Of a stretch of 64,000 nt of DNA, positions 35,022 through 48,228 are shown in pieces. Below the pieces are notes generated by a model. It was not told where the DNA came from. It saw nothing but the letters and a program-made list of their open reading frames with translations, and did no database searches. The position numbers were made by a program, and so were the translations under genes. This DNA comes from Podarcis erhardii (taxonomy: Eukaryota), in assembly GCA_964252035.1 (NCBI GenBank), contig OZ176205.1. One strand, written 5' to 3'. How positions within the stretch are numbered: the stretch's first letter is position 1; each line of letters begins with the position of its first letter.

Positions 35022-35173
35022 CAGTGGTTCCCAATTACCCAAATACTATGGATCCCTACTTTGAAATTTTTAATATCTCTGTGGTAGTTTTTGTTATGTG
35101 GATGGTGCTACAGACCCCTGCATGGGTTATGTGGACTCCCTGGGGTCCGTGGACCACCAATTGGCAACCACTG
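35022..35173. mobile_element. hAT (Charlie/MER5-like) MITE
   Basis: CAGTGGTTCCCAA...TTGGCAACCACTG TIR; TSD ATGTAGGA/ATAGAGGA (6/8 match). Confidence 0.7.
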
Positions 35174-35726
35174 ATAGAGGAGATGCACTTTCCTCTGCCC
35201 ACAGCAACCACAGCCTTTGCTGTAATGGAACAAGGTTACACTAGTATCATGGTACACATCTTGGAAGATGCTTGTGACATAATTGCAACCAACAAAATTC
35301 TTTCTTCTTCCTACAAATGCAATGCTATTTTATTTTCCTCCATTTAAGTGTATTTTTCTTCAAAGGTCTAGCAGTGGAACAAGCACATTCCCCCCCCCCC
35401 ACACACTATTTTTTTAAAAACATCATTCCCCACAGTAAGGCAACTGCTCCTGCTTTGCCCATAAAGGAGGATATGGATTATAGTGCCTAGTGGTGCTGGA
35501 CTAGGGCTTGTGCTGCTTTGGTAATTAACGTAGCAAGTACTGATTTAGTCATCCAGAAGAACATACCTAGACATGCAGCCATGTGAGACCAAAACCAATC
35601 GGACTTGATTTTGCACCATAGTGCATTTTGCAAAGTTGGAATATTTTTATCATAAAATATATATTCGGCAGATTTCCTAAAGAGGAATTTGGTAGAACCA
35701 AGGATGGTCTGGATGACAACCTAGGG

Positions 35727-35773
35727 CAGCCTTCATTAACCTGGTGCTCTCCAGATGTTTTGGATCCCAATTG

Positions 35774-35804
<31 letters not shown>

Positions 35805-35864
35805 GGCTTTACTAGTTGGGGCTACTGTGAGTTGTAGTCCAAAACACCAGGTTAGGGAAGACTG
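35727..35864. mobile_element. hAT-type fold-back MITE with internal (CCAG)n
   Basis: CAGCCTTC...AACCTGGTG / CACCAGGTT...GAAGACTG termini; flanks share ACCTAG. Confidence 0.65.
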
Positions 35865-36649
35865 ACCTAGACTTTCATGAACCACCCCACCCCCCTTTCC
35901 GTTGTTCTTTGCTAACATATGTACAGTAGTTCCATAACTATTGGTTTATTTCAAGTGTCTGTGGAAGGATAGCGGGCATTAGAAGTAGGCCCTTTGAGAC
36001 ACAGTTTGTACACTGTTGGACTAGAAAGTATTGTGAACTCCTGCCAAAGGCCAATGGGTGTGCAAGCTGTGTTATCGGCAGTAAAATGTATGGCAACTTG
36101 AATGCAAGCGTTCAGTGCATGTTGTGAGTTTGAGGGGGAATTTTGAAAATGCAGGTGATATTAGAAACCCTGTTTGGGGGCAAAAGGAGAGCATAAGGTT
36201 GGGTTGGTGCTTTACAATCAATTGTAAATGTATTAAGCATGTAATAATATGTATTAAGAAAAAGCCTCCGTTTGTACAAAGACTATATTGGAAGGATCTG
36301 CAGCAGTTATAGCGCAGATACCTGGAAAAGACTGAGTGGGGGAGGAATAGAGAAAATGACTTATTGGAAGGTTCTTTCTCAATTCATTATATTACATGTT
36401 AGAACTCTCACGTTCATGAAGTGCTTCTGCAGAGACAGAATGCGGTTATTACATGCATTATGCAGTGTGCTTGATTTACAAGATATAGGTATAGGATGTG
36501 AATGTAATAATTGTTCAAAAAGCCTGTGGTTTTCAGCCTCTTTTCTTCTCAGGATTTTAAACTATGGCATATTTGTATTTCTTCCTTATCTGGGACAGAA
36601 AAATCATGTTATCTGCAAAACTAGAGCTTTAAAAAAACAACAACCCCAG

Positions 36650-36840
36650 TCTAACAGCACAATCCTGAGCCTGTTTACTCAGATGTAAGTCCCCTTGAGT
36701 CCAATGGGACATACTTCCAAGTAAGTATGCATAGGCTTGCACAATCTAACAGTGCAACACTATGCCTGTTTATTGATAAATCCCACTGCGCTCACTGAGG
36801 ATTGCTCCTAGGTATGTGTGCACAGGATTGTAGCTTTAAT
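36650..36840. repeat. Two tandem copies of a short squamate repeat (GCACAATCCT...TACTCAGA.GTAAGTCCC.TTGAGT.CAATGGG...AGGATTG); other copies near 15860, 54485-54660 and 57730-57800
   Basis: Recurrent ~90-bp motif seen at several places in the window. Confidence 0.55.
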
Positions 36841-37395
36841 GTCTGATCTGTTTGTAATCTTCAACTCAACATGATCCAGTAGGCTTTGAGAAACATGTGA
36901 ATTTGAAGATAAAAGCCAGGATGTTTTCTCCCCCCCCCCCCAAAAAAAAGAAATCTAGCAGTTTTTTTGATGCCTCAGCTTGCAAATAAGATCAGTCTCA
37001 AGCAACTGAAAGCGACCTAAATTTCAGAAAGTGTTGTACTCATAAGTTCCTTTCTTTCAAATATTAGACTATTGAGATGTCTCATGCTGGGTACTTGAAA
37101 TCAGTGGTCACATTTCTTTAAACTTTGGGGGCAAAGATTTTTATATGTTCTCTTTACCTTTGTTTCTACATGCTAGTATATGCCATAGCACAGCATGTTT
37201 TGTTGACTTATATGGTGAAGTTGTGTATATTGTATACACAGCAAGGATTAATTATAAACTATGGAGTATATATTATATATGGCTCCCCACTGGAACAGAT
37301 AAAAGGTACTTTACCAAAATCTCTTCCAGTGTGAGAAGTGAGGAGCTAGCCTTTTCTGAGAATTAGTCACAAATTTTTAAAAGAATGTTGTTTTT

Positions 37396-37465
37396 AATAA
37401 AACAAAGAAAAAGAAAAATGCACCACGCTCTGATTCTGAAATGTTACTACTGTTTTATAAATAAA
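37396..37465 (+). terminator. Candidate distal polyadenylation signals (AATAAA at 37396-37401 and 37460-37465)
   Basis: Two canonical hexamers in an AU-rich context with U-rich sequence downstream. Confidence 0.35.
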
Positions 37466-40400
37466 TGTATAAAATAATGGACTGGAACAGAGGAAAAAAA
37501 TCATTAAAATTTATTTATTTACAATCGATTGAGACATCTGATTCTTTTGGGATACAAGGGAGCACACTAAAGCATTTCAAAAGAACAGCCACGCTACAGT
37601 GATTATAGAAGTGGCACATTCAATGTACAGTAGTTTAGGGAGGGTGAAGCCTTTTGAGAAAGACTGTCTTCAAAATAGCGCAGAAGAAACAACAGGAAGG
37701 ACAAACTAATTACAAAAACTGGAGATGCGGGGATCTACTTTCCATCCACTTCACCAGATGTAGCTTTCAGAGAGGAAAACTTCAAGCCTTTTCAGGGAGG
37801 AGTGGGACAAAATTCCAATATACTGTACAGCAATTTGCAAGGTGATGCTATCTTTGATGCTACAGGTAAACCATTTCCCTTGCAAATCTGGAAACTTACA
37901 TGGATTTATGCTCTTTAAACAAATTGTGCTTGAGGATTAAGAGCACAAGGTGGTGCTGTTGGCATGGCTGTCCCAGAGCTTTAAAACTCCTGTCTGGCAC
38001 AGATCTCTGGCTTACCTTTCATGCACAAATGAACATAACTTTGTCATACTTTCTTTATGGCATGTGAAACTGACAAGTTATGCATGCCCATGAATAGCAA
38101 GCAGTGTGGAAAGAGGGACATAAATTTGTTTTGTGTACAGTTAGTCCAACTGGTTATGTGCTACATTTCCTATTGCTTCCCACCCCCCATTCAATTTGAA
38201 TATTTGATCCCAAATCCCATTAAATATGTGTAGTTTTAAGGGTCAGAATGGGGAAGAAACAGACAATATTTGTTAATACCTTGCTGTTTGAGATCTGGCA
38301 GTACCAGTTGGCTTCCTGACTTTCATTTCTAAAGATTGTGATGTAAGGCACTTAAATTTGATGTAAGATTGTGATGTAAGGCACCTAAATGTTCTGGACT
38401 TTAATAAAATCATGCTATCTGCAGCTTTACTGTCTAAAGGGAGACAGGGAGGGTAACATAAAACTAGTATAGTGAAGAGACTGAGCTATGATCAGGGAGT
38501 CCCAGTCTGAATCTCATCTCGGACCTCTGCTATGAAATTATTCTGCTTGCTCCTGCCGGTGACCTTGTGGCTTTTCTCCATATCTCTGCATGGGTAGCTA
38601 CTTATCCAGGCTATCCTAAGGCCCAATTGGCTGCTTCCATTACACCATACCTGATGGGACCTGCAGAAGTAGTAGTGGATTCACTTGTCATCAGTGATGA
38701 TAAAGTGCAGGTGCAGGGATCCTTTGGCCCTCCAGACGTTGCTGAACAACAACTCTGATCACCCATTGCCATTGGCCATGCTCTGCTGGGGCTAATGGGA
38801 AGCCCAACCCACATCCCCAAACAGTGGAATGAAAGACTGGAGCCACCTGTTTAATGTGGTTGAAATGGCAGTTCATTCAGTGGTTATGGAACTAGTAACA
38901 CTTGAAAAACCTTGATCATTGAGGTACAGAAGAAATCTATATACTTTCTATCTTTCCCTGTGACATAAGGAAACAGCAATACTGGGCACTGGAGATCAAT
39001 ACATGATTTTCTCCTGCATCTGTGGGGCATGGAGGGGGTAGAGTTTGAGGTGCCGCTCCCACCAAAGCCCACAATACATAAATGTTGACGTTTCTCATTC
39101 ACTTACCAGAAGGTCTCTTTTTTGTTACCATTCCCCTAACCTAGTACATCCTTCCAGCTCACCAGCTCATAATATTGCAGTTGGCCAACTATATTTCCTA
39201 TGTGTTTTAGGTGATGGATATTCTAGAGGGCATCATTTTCACCAGGTTTTCGGGGGGGGGGGTAGAAGGTTTCAGCGTGAGTGAGAGAGAGATGAAACAT
39301 TCAGTGTGCACTTAAGGATATACCGACAATTAAATTGCAAGTAAACAAACAACCCAAGTGTGTTTTAAGAGCATTAATTGCCCTCTTCTAATGATCAGAG
39401 CTATAGCTCCCCTGGGGAATAATCTCACTTAGCTTGAAGTGCAAGAGAAGCCTTCCACTCTCTAAATGGCATCTCTGGGTATTCCCTTTAGTATAAGAGG
39501 ATAGAAAGCCATTTAAATCAAACAGATTTCTGCTGCGACGGAATGAATATCTCTGTAACTCCCCCTATTAGTAAAGTAGGGGTCCTCCATGCTGATATGC
39601 AGGGAGCGAACACAGCAATGCAGGGAGTGGGGTGGGGTCCCTTCAGATAGGAGGGCAGGAAAACCTTGCTTTAATAAAGTCCTCAGCCAAACTGTTGATG
39701 CAAACTCACAAGCGCAATTTATGATTAGTCTCCCACCCCCTAAGTGCAAACCTGGCACAGGTTCAGTAAATGGTCACACGTTCAGTAAATGGAGCAGTGT
39801 AGTGTTTCCAGCTTGAGTTTAACATATGAGGTCCCAAAGACACGTCGATTTAACATCAGACTCTTCCACTGCAGTTCTTCTGAGGCCCCTCATAAGCTGC
39901 CTTCTGCTCACATGACATTTGCTACTACTGCCCTTAATATGATTGTCTCATCGCCAGTCTTGTCAGAACATAAGCTAATCACATCACTCCACGTGCCTCA
40001 GAGATGGCAGCTCAAGTGGCTGTTGAGTAAAGAGTTGACTGAGGACCCTTCTCAGTGCAGGACTGATCTGGCTAAAGACTCCTTCATTATCCTCTTTGTA
40101 ATTGATTTGGCTGTGCAGGGTGGGGTCTTGGCAGCAGCTACTTTAGAAGTTTTAACCACTATTGCCTGTTTTCCTAACCAATCCACACAAGTCTTGCGAT
40201 TGGCACCAGAATTAAAAGGTGCCAAATTTAAGCCCCCACTTGCCAAGGAACAAGTGTGAGTGCACTTTAAGGCTTCTGATTGCTCCTTTGCAGCCACAGC
40301 TTTACCTGCCCCACATCTGAGGTGGAAAGCTGGAATAATTAAAAAAAAAATGTTGTATGTAAATATGCATGTATTTTAAATTTTGAAGCGGACTTTTACC

Positions 40401-40727
40401 AGGATTTCGGTGTTTGCAGAGGGAGCCACCTAGTGGATGCTATGTGCATTGGCTGTCCCTTTACTTCTGGAATATGACAGCAAGAGTCTTGATTTTGACA
40501 CTAAAGTTCATTGCAACAGTTGTGACCTGTGAGTAATAGTGATGTTGTGCAATGTCACAAATGCTTGCTTACAGCGGACCCTCCATATGGTTACACTTAC
40601 CCTTTCAGTCTCAATTTGTGGAGGATGAGAACAGCAGACATCCCACATTGCCCTTTATTGCCATATGAAGGTTCATTCCTTACTGTATTGCTAGAGAAAT
40701 CTTCCTGCCTCTTTGTGTAGGTTTGCA

Positions 40728-40728
<1 letters not shown>

Positions 40729-40768
<40 letters not shown>
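40729..40768. repeat. (TG)20 microsatellite
   Basis: Directly visible. Confidence 0.95.
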
Positions 40769-40769
<1 letters not shown>

Positions 40770-43700
40770 AATGGTGGGGTGAAGTTGCAGTGGAGGGTAG
40801 TCTGCGGTAGAAGCAATGTGGAGAGGTTGCAATGGAGCATTGTCCCCCACAACAACTTCCCATGCTGGGATGGAGTCTAGCAACAACTGGAGGCCCGTTA
40901 TGCTGCAAAATTATGTAAAAAGTGGGCTCAACTGTTTATTTTAATACCTTTAAAGAACGGCTGTTATTCCAATGGGTGTAAGAGCACAGCCAGTGCTTTT
41001 CTTCTTCTTCCAGGGGGTACACAGTACCTGCACCTCTTTTCTGTTGTTGTTAAAAACAACAGAACTTACTCTTAACAACTTCATGGTGAGTACCAGCAGC
41101 TATTTTTTCTATAAAAGTACAGCCATCATACTGTTGAACCAAAATGATCTTCTCCTTCTCTTCATCCCTCTCCTCAGCAAAGACCCACACACTCTGAAGG
41201 GTATGCGACACATGCATGGCTCCTCGGGTAGTTTCCTATCTGAATTGTTTGTGTCAGAAATGTACCTACCACCTTCCCTGAGGGTTTAATTACTGAGCCA
41301 GGCAGCTAATCAGAGGTCTGCAGCTGAAAAGGTGTCGTCATGGTTACAGGCTACCTAGGCTCACTCACAAGTCCTCTGATTCATAGCATCATGTTGGAAG
41401 GGCACAAATGGGAACGGTGAACTGAGGACATGGGAAGTTTAAAACTAAAGTACGGTACTTAAGTCATTGCTTTGGGCCCCCATCTGCACTATACATTTAA
41501 AGTAGTATCGGACCACTTCAAACATCCATGGTTTCTGACAAAGTATCCTGGGAACTGTGGTTTGTTATGGTTGCCGAGAGTTGTTAGGAAACATCTATTC
41601 CCAGTACAGAGCTTACAGTTCCCAGCATTCCCTGAGAAGAGGCCTTGGTTGTTAAGCCACTCTGGGAATTGTGTGAAGGTGCTATGCGATATTTGAGAGC
41701 TCCTCATTCTTTATCTCTTTTACATGAGATAAATAAAGAGGGAGAAATTTCAGGATAGTGAAACGAGAAAGGCACTGGAAGGGGAAAGGTGGCCGTTTTA
41801 AACCTTGGCAAAAGTTTGAGTAAAGTTTGAGTAAAGCAGGAGTGGCTGTGGAGAGGCAACAGGATGCTCCTTCACAGCCGCCACTGTGTCGTCATTCAGA
41901 ACAAGCACTGGCTGCTCCTGCCTAAGCTGAGCAGCAGAGGCACTGGCAGGGGAAATAGGGACATTCTTGGCTCAAATCAGAAGCCAGGATAGCTTTTGTA
42001 ATTCCAGGACTGTCCCTGGAATTCTGTTCTGTTATTGGCTAGTTGGCCTCCCATGGAATTTGGAAACTGCTGAGTTAGATTCTCTGCTCTGCAAAGGATT
42101 CCCTGACAAACTTCATATATGCGCTATACTAAATTAGTGAGGACCAGGTTAAATATCAGAAATGGAAGAACATTTCCCATCTTTCTGGTTTCATGGCAAC
42201 ACACTGAAGATCTGCTGGGATTTGTGGAACGTATTAAAACTTCTTTATTTCCGTGTGCATTTTTGTTTTATTCAAAAGGTGGTTTGGGTTGTTTAAACAC
42301 TATTGTAATGCCAGCAGTGTGCTGATCGGCATGCTCCTCCATACTCGGCACACTTCTAAAGTTTAAAGTGATGGCATTCATTTCTAGAAATGCCCCTTTC
42401 ACACATGTGCTGAGGCAAACCATGTCCAGGGAACTGTGTCAGTTTCCTATGAAAAGATGCAGCTACATCTCAGATTGTTCAGCTGCAACAAAGCCCCTAA
42501 AATAGACTCATCAGGATGTGGGTAAAAAATTACCAAGACTAATCTTGGAAACTTTATTAAAAAGAAAAGGAGAGTGAAAAGAGAGAGTTCAGACACTTAA
42601 GGAAAAAAAAAACCCCTCATCCTGATTTATCTGGGGAGTGTGAACACTAAATAGAGAACAACGCCTGAAGTGTGAATTATTTCCTATATTAACACAGAGG
42701 AAAAACTGATAGCCTTTTCATGTCAGGAGAATAGCAAGGAGGGGAGGAGGGGAAGAATGACATTGTTCAATCTCAGGGTTTGCTCACTCTTTATCAGGCG
42801 GAGATCAAAATTTATTCCCAGGATGAGGCCTGCGGCCTGGCTGAGGCCCTAGAGATTTTTAAGGGCCTAATTAAGAAAACAGGATGAAAATGGTGAAATA
42901 AGAGGCCAATTTACTTCTTGCAGAATAGGGAGATCAAATCAACTTATGAGCAATTAATGTGCACAAGGAGAGAATAAAAGAATGCTGGGAGATGGTAGAG
43001 GGCCTCATTTTAATGACATGCTCTGGTGTTGGTATAGAGGATTACTCTGAAGGTCAGATGTAGATTGAAACGACCTTGCAAATTCTTAACCCTCCTTCCA
43101 ATTAATAGAACCAACTCAGAAATGCAAAAGACCAATCTAACAGCACAGGCTTCCCTTTGCGATCAGAAGGGAGAAAGAGAGAACGAAAGGGGTTTCCTTC
43201 CGTTAAACAGCTGCCACAAAAGGCAGGGCTTCGAAAGGGCTGTTGATTACAGAATACAAGCCACCCGAAGGGAGGAAATTTGTGTCAAGGCCCTAAGTGG
43301 GATATAAAAAGCCAAAAAGGGGTTGCTTGGGGTTGAGATTCTTAATAACTTCCCTGCAGAGTCTGTCACACGTATACGGCACATTAAGATCCCCAACACA
43401 GTGTCCTTATCCCCCAGAGAGAGAACAGTGAAGTTAACATTTAGATCATTATTACTTACTTTTTATAGAATGTTCTGAAACTCTCTGCCATGTTACGCTA
43501 GGTACTGGCCAAACTGAAAATAAGGTTGTTTCCCCATTTTAAAAAGAATTTAGCTTGGATGCGACATAGATTTCCTTCCACGAGTTTCCTCCTCTTTACA
43601 CTGTTGCTTTGTGAAAAGACTTGTTCATGCCTTTGAACCATATATGGGTGTTTTTTTAGGTTTTGTGAAAACTCACATACTGAGAAGAATTGGTTATTTT

Positions 43701-46700
43701 GTTTAAAGCCACAACACATCCTTCGTTGAAGATGGTTTTGTGTTAGAGCTAAAACTGTGATTCCTTTAAAAAATAAAAAATCTCAGAATCTCCTTTGCAA
43801 ATGAGAATGTAGAGGCAGTCTCCCAGTTTATTCTCTGTCCTCAAATATTTTTGAAATATTTAATTACTATTTTACAGTATATCTATTTCTGCCAACAATC
43901 TTACTTGATTTCAGTATTTGATATGCAACAGCTGATATGTTGCCATATATAATTGTTGACAGTACACTATACAGAAAGATCGATACATTTATGTCAGCAA
44001 TTTAGCTTGATAATACACATTTTTGCAAGCACTTTACATTAAGACTGCATTTTTGTACATTATTTTCACTTGCTGGAAGTGTTTTTGTGTAAACCTTCCC
44101 CTAATACACATTTCTGTATACATTTTGGGGGTTGAAAAACAACCACAAAATTAAGACAAGTGGGGATATTTGAAGGATAGTTGTGTTTTTAGTTTCTGTT
44201 TTAGTTTAGTTTCTGAAGCATGAATGCTAGACAGACACATTTCTCTGCCTTCCCTGAAATTCCTACATGCAAAGGGGTACGGATTCTAGCCATCATGTTA
44301 AACTTATTCCAGTGGACCTTTATAACTGGAACTCAGTTCATTTTAACCATTTATTAACTATTTTTCAATCTATTGAATATTTGTAACCTATTAACTATCT
44401 CAGTAGTTCCATTGATTGATTGATTATTCAATTAAATGTTGTTGTGTGTGTGGTGTCTGAGCTATTTATTAACAATAATGTTTTCCCCTGTTAAATAACA
44501 CAGATAATGAAATAATTTGTTATTGCTAATAGTTTCTCTGAGATGGCTCTGAGATATGTGTACATAGCTTTGAAGTGCCCATGCACTGCTTTGTATCTCC
44601 TTGAGTGTACCTACTGATCAGGTGGCCAGTGATATCAACTGTGCTACTGCCAATATGATTCCCTTCAAAAGATGACCAATGCTATCAAAGTTGGTGGTTC
44701 CAGCCATATGGTTCCCAGTACAGCGATAGGAATGGTGCATAGCCCAGACTAACAGGTGATGATTGCAGTGTTCCAGCTTGTGCTTCCTCCTCTAACTAGA
44801 GTGCAAAAATCTACTGCTGCACATGTACCAAATGCTGCACATGTACCAAATCTACTGCTGCACATGTTACCCTACACTGTACCAGAATGACTGGACCCAA
44901 TCCAACGACCCATCAAAGCAGCAAAATGGAGCAAGCAATAGATGACTGTGCATACACTGTGCTACACTCATGAAGCAAAAGCATCTTTTTCTATATAGGC
45001 TTCCATGAAGTTCCCCTGTGCCATGGGATATTACATATGCAAAGCTGTGTTTCTGTAGCATAGTAATATGCAGGCTTAGTGGGTTCACTGTGTTGTGATA
45101 CACAGTTACTGATGTGCATAAAAGGGTTAACCTTAGCTCAGGTTGGCAGTGCAGGTGGAACTTAGCAGGCTCCCTATAGCATTTTGTTTCCTCATTCTCA
45201 TTCTCTTTTACTTTTGCTTTGTGCTTCCTTGAACAAGTAAGAAGCCATGAAGCCATGGCTCCCTGCAAGTGAATTGAATCTTTCTAAAAGGAGATTTTTA
45301 AGTCTGCATCTTTGCTAATCCAAAGATTACACAATCCCTTTTAAGTTGTTTGGAACCTGTTTTCATCTTCACTTCACTGCCAGTGGATGGAGATTTGTTT
45401 GCTGTAACTTCTAGAAACTCTATGAGTAAAGTATTCACATATTTGCAAAGCTAAGTGTCTGTGATTTATTCTAGCCTAAGTATTTTTTGTGGAAACATTT
45501 GTTTAAAGGTGGTTGAGGGCAGATGTAAAATCTAACTAAGTTTAATGTGCTTGGAATGATTGCCATTGTGCTTAACTGGAGAGTAGGAATCTCTCTCCCA
45601 AACCTCTCTCTCCAACATACTGTATGTGTTTCCCCCCCCCCTTTCCTCTTGAAACAACAGCCTTTGCCACTATTCTTGATGGGCTTTTCTAAGTCTTAAG
45701 GTCCTATTTCCTATTTTGTCAATTTGTCTTTCTGTAAAGATCCGGTCCTATATTTTAGCTGGTCTTTGGAACTTGAGGTGCAGTAGTTAAATGAACCATT
45801 ACTCACATAGATAACTGCCAACTATAAGTAGGTGATATCCTCTCCGGAGCATCTTAAGACACAGGAATCATCAAAATGATTCAGGAAGAAGCTTTGGGGA
45901 CCTGCTGTTTGCCAAAATAGATCTCCAGTACTTCTTCAGTTTATGGCATCCACTATGGATGGGAATAAATGTCCTTCTGTTCTCACTCTTCTCAGCACTT
46001 ATCTGAGCCTTGCCTTAAGAAAAGGTGAACTCACAAGATGTCAAATACCACCTGCTAACCATAATGTATGCTTGTGCTCTCAAGTCTACACAGATGGATT
46101 TTAATAGTTTAGTGAATTAGATATACAATCACAAGCAATGTTAAGTTCCTCTATCCATACCTTGCTCCAAATCTCCCATTTTACACACTATCTGGTATCT
46201 AAGTCTGTAGATGGACAAAGCCAAATCTTTATAATGCTGAATGTCTTCTTGTAAAATAGACTGAAAGTTCATTTGTTAATATACCTGTGGCTTCAAAATG
46301 TAGGTTTTGGGGGAGGATCCTTGCTTTGACAGATTCCATGCTTTGGTACCCTTACCTGTTCTGGTGTCTATACCTGTTCCATGTCCTCTTTCATAGAACC
46401 AACACCTTTGTTTTGCTTGATATGTATTCCATCACTTAAAAGAAGCAGAAGTGCCAACTTAACTGCATGCAACCATGTATAAGAGTAGCCCAAAGGCCCT
46501 TCTAAAATGGCAGAAATGCTGCCTTGGAAGGGGACAGTTAAGAATAGATGAATGTGGGTGGCTGCCAGGAGGGCATTTAGCTCTCTTTTCTCCAATCATT
46601 TCTCAACTCCAGTTCCCCCATCCAGCAACTTTTCTCCTTATGGTGTTCCAAATTAGAATTAGGTTCGATTGGTATTGACTTTGTATGCTACTTCTGAATG

Positions 46701-48002
46701 AGAAAATTGTCCTCAGTTGCTCACATGCATACCAATACAGCAATATCAGCTCAATCAAAAAAAGAAAAAAAGAAAAAAACACACAAAAACATCTGAAATG
46801 CCATGGAGGGGGTGAGCGAATGTGGGGTATATGGAACAGGAAGCAGCAGGTAATGAACTGCTTCCTTTCCTCTTGCTCCTTCCCCACCTTCAAACACATC
46901 CTCCTAACATGTCTTTTTTGATTTAAAAAAAAAAAAACCCCTGTTGGACTATTCTTATACATATTTGTATTTGATGTGCAGTTTGGTCCTTATGGCACAT
47001 TTACCTGTTTACATTTGTAGAACCCCTGTGATGTAAGTTCCAAAGTATAACAAGATAAAAAATCTGATCAGCTTGGCTCAGGCAAAGTTTGTTGAGGATG
47101 GAGTGACACATTAGCTCTGATTGTTTCCCACAGAAATTGCAAGTAGGGAAGAAATGGTTATTCTCATAAGCGAACACAGAAAACAATTCCAGTTGCCTCT
47201 CTGCCATCACAGTCCCAAACAGGATTGCTCCTTTTTGGCTGAAGCCGCTTCCAACAGGATACGGAAACTAGGGACAGATGTCGAGACTGTTTCTTCTTGG
47301 GAGAATAATCCTCCTCCTTGCATCTTGCAAGGAAGGCAGGTGTTAAGGAGAAAGCTTGTATGGAACATACATGACCACAAGAGAGAGCCAGATAGTTACT
47401 GGAAATAATTCACTGAGGACTCATAGTGCCTTGATTGATTTTTAACTATGCCACTGCTATTAGAGCTGAACTGAATGGTTGTTGAGACATTTGTATCTGA
47501 CAGATTTAGTGGATTTGCATTAGTGACAATCTGAACACGAAACTCCTAATTATATGAATTTCAATTGCAAAATGTGAACGGCTAATAATTTTCAAAAGCT
47601 GGTCAGAACGAAACAATTGGGAATTTTGCCTTCACTTATTTAGTGATGTGGGTCATAGGCTACTGGAAACCCACACCTCTGGAATGAATGCTTCCACAGG
47701 AGAATTTCTGGGTGGGTTTTGACCCTGGAGGTAAAAGAAAGCAGCTTCAGTTCCAAAGAGCTGATTGATGCAACTGTTGTGGAGTTTTCCACCTTACCTG
47801 CTTTTCTTTTAGGAATACTTTAATGCTATAGTGCTACAAGATGATTCATATTGTTTTGGGTTGTTGTTGTTGTTGTTTGTTTCCCAGCCCCTGTGTTCTA
47901 AGCTCAGTCCATGGTTCATCTAATGGGGAAAGGATAGTTGAAGAACTGGCTTGCACTATTATAGAAAAATATACAGTACTGGCCAGAATATACAATATAG
48001 TA

Positions 48003-48228
48003 CAGTGGTACCTCAGGTTACAAACACTTTGGGTTACAGACTCTGCCAACCCGGAAGTAGTGCCTCAGGTTAAGAACTTTGCCCCAGGATGAGAACAGAA
48101 ATTGTGGGCTGGCAGCGTGGTGGCAACGGGAGGCCCCATTAGCTAAAGTGGTACATCAGTTTAAGAATGGTTTCAGGTTAAGAATGTACCTGCAGAATGA
48201 ATTAAGTTTGTAACCCGAGGTACCACTG
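48003..48228 (+). mobile_element. Tc1/mariner (Tigger-like) MITE
   Basis: TA|CAGTGGTACCTCAGGTTAC...GTAACCCGAGGTACCACTG|TA. Confidence 0.9.

Larger units (their letters stand above)
30587..37480 (+). other. TFEB: Possible long TFEB 3' UTR (end uncertain)
   Basis: The first AATAAA (31183/31187) lies in a retroelement-type (TAAA)n tail. The U/UG-rich 36.0-37.5 kb stretch ends in AATAAA at 37396 and 37460. Another AATAAA at 34430 is an alternative end. Confidence 0.3.

Noticed and set aside
47841-48092. Cys-run ORF (LGCCCCCLF) suggestive of MDFI, the expected downstream neighbour
   Set aside because: The cysteines come from a (TGT)n microsatellite, it is on the wrong strand for a convergent MDFI, and I found no I-mfa domain exon in the window.
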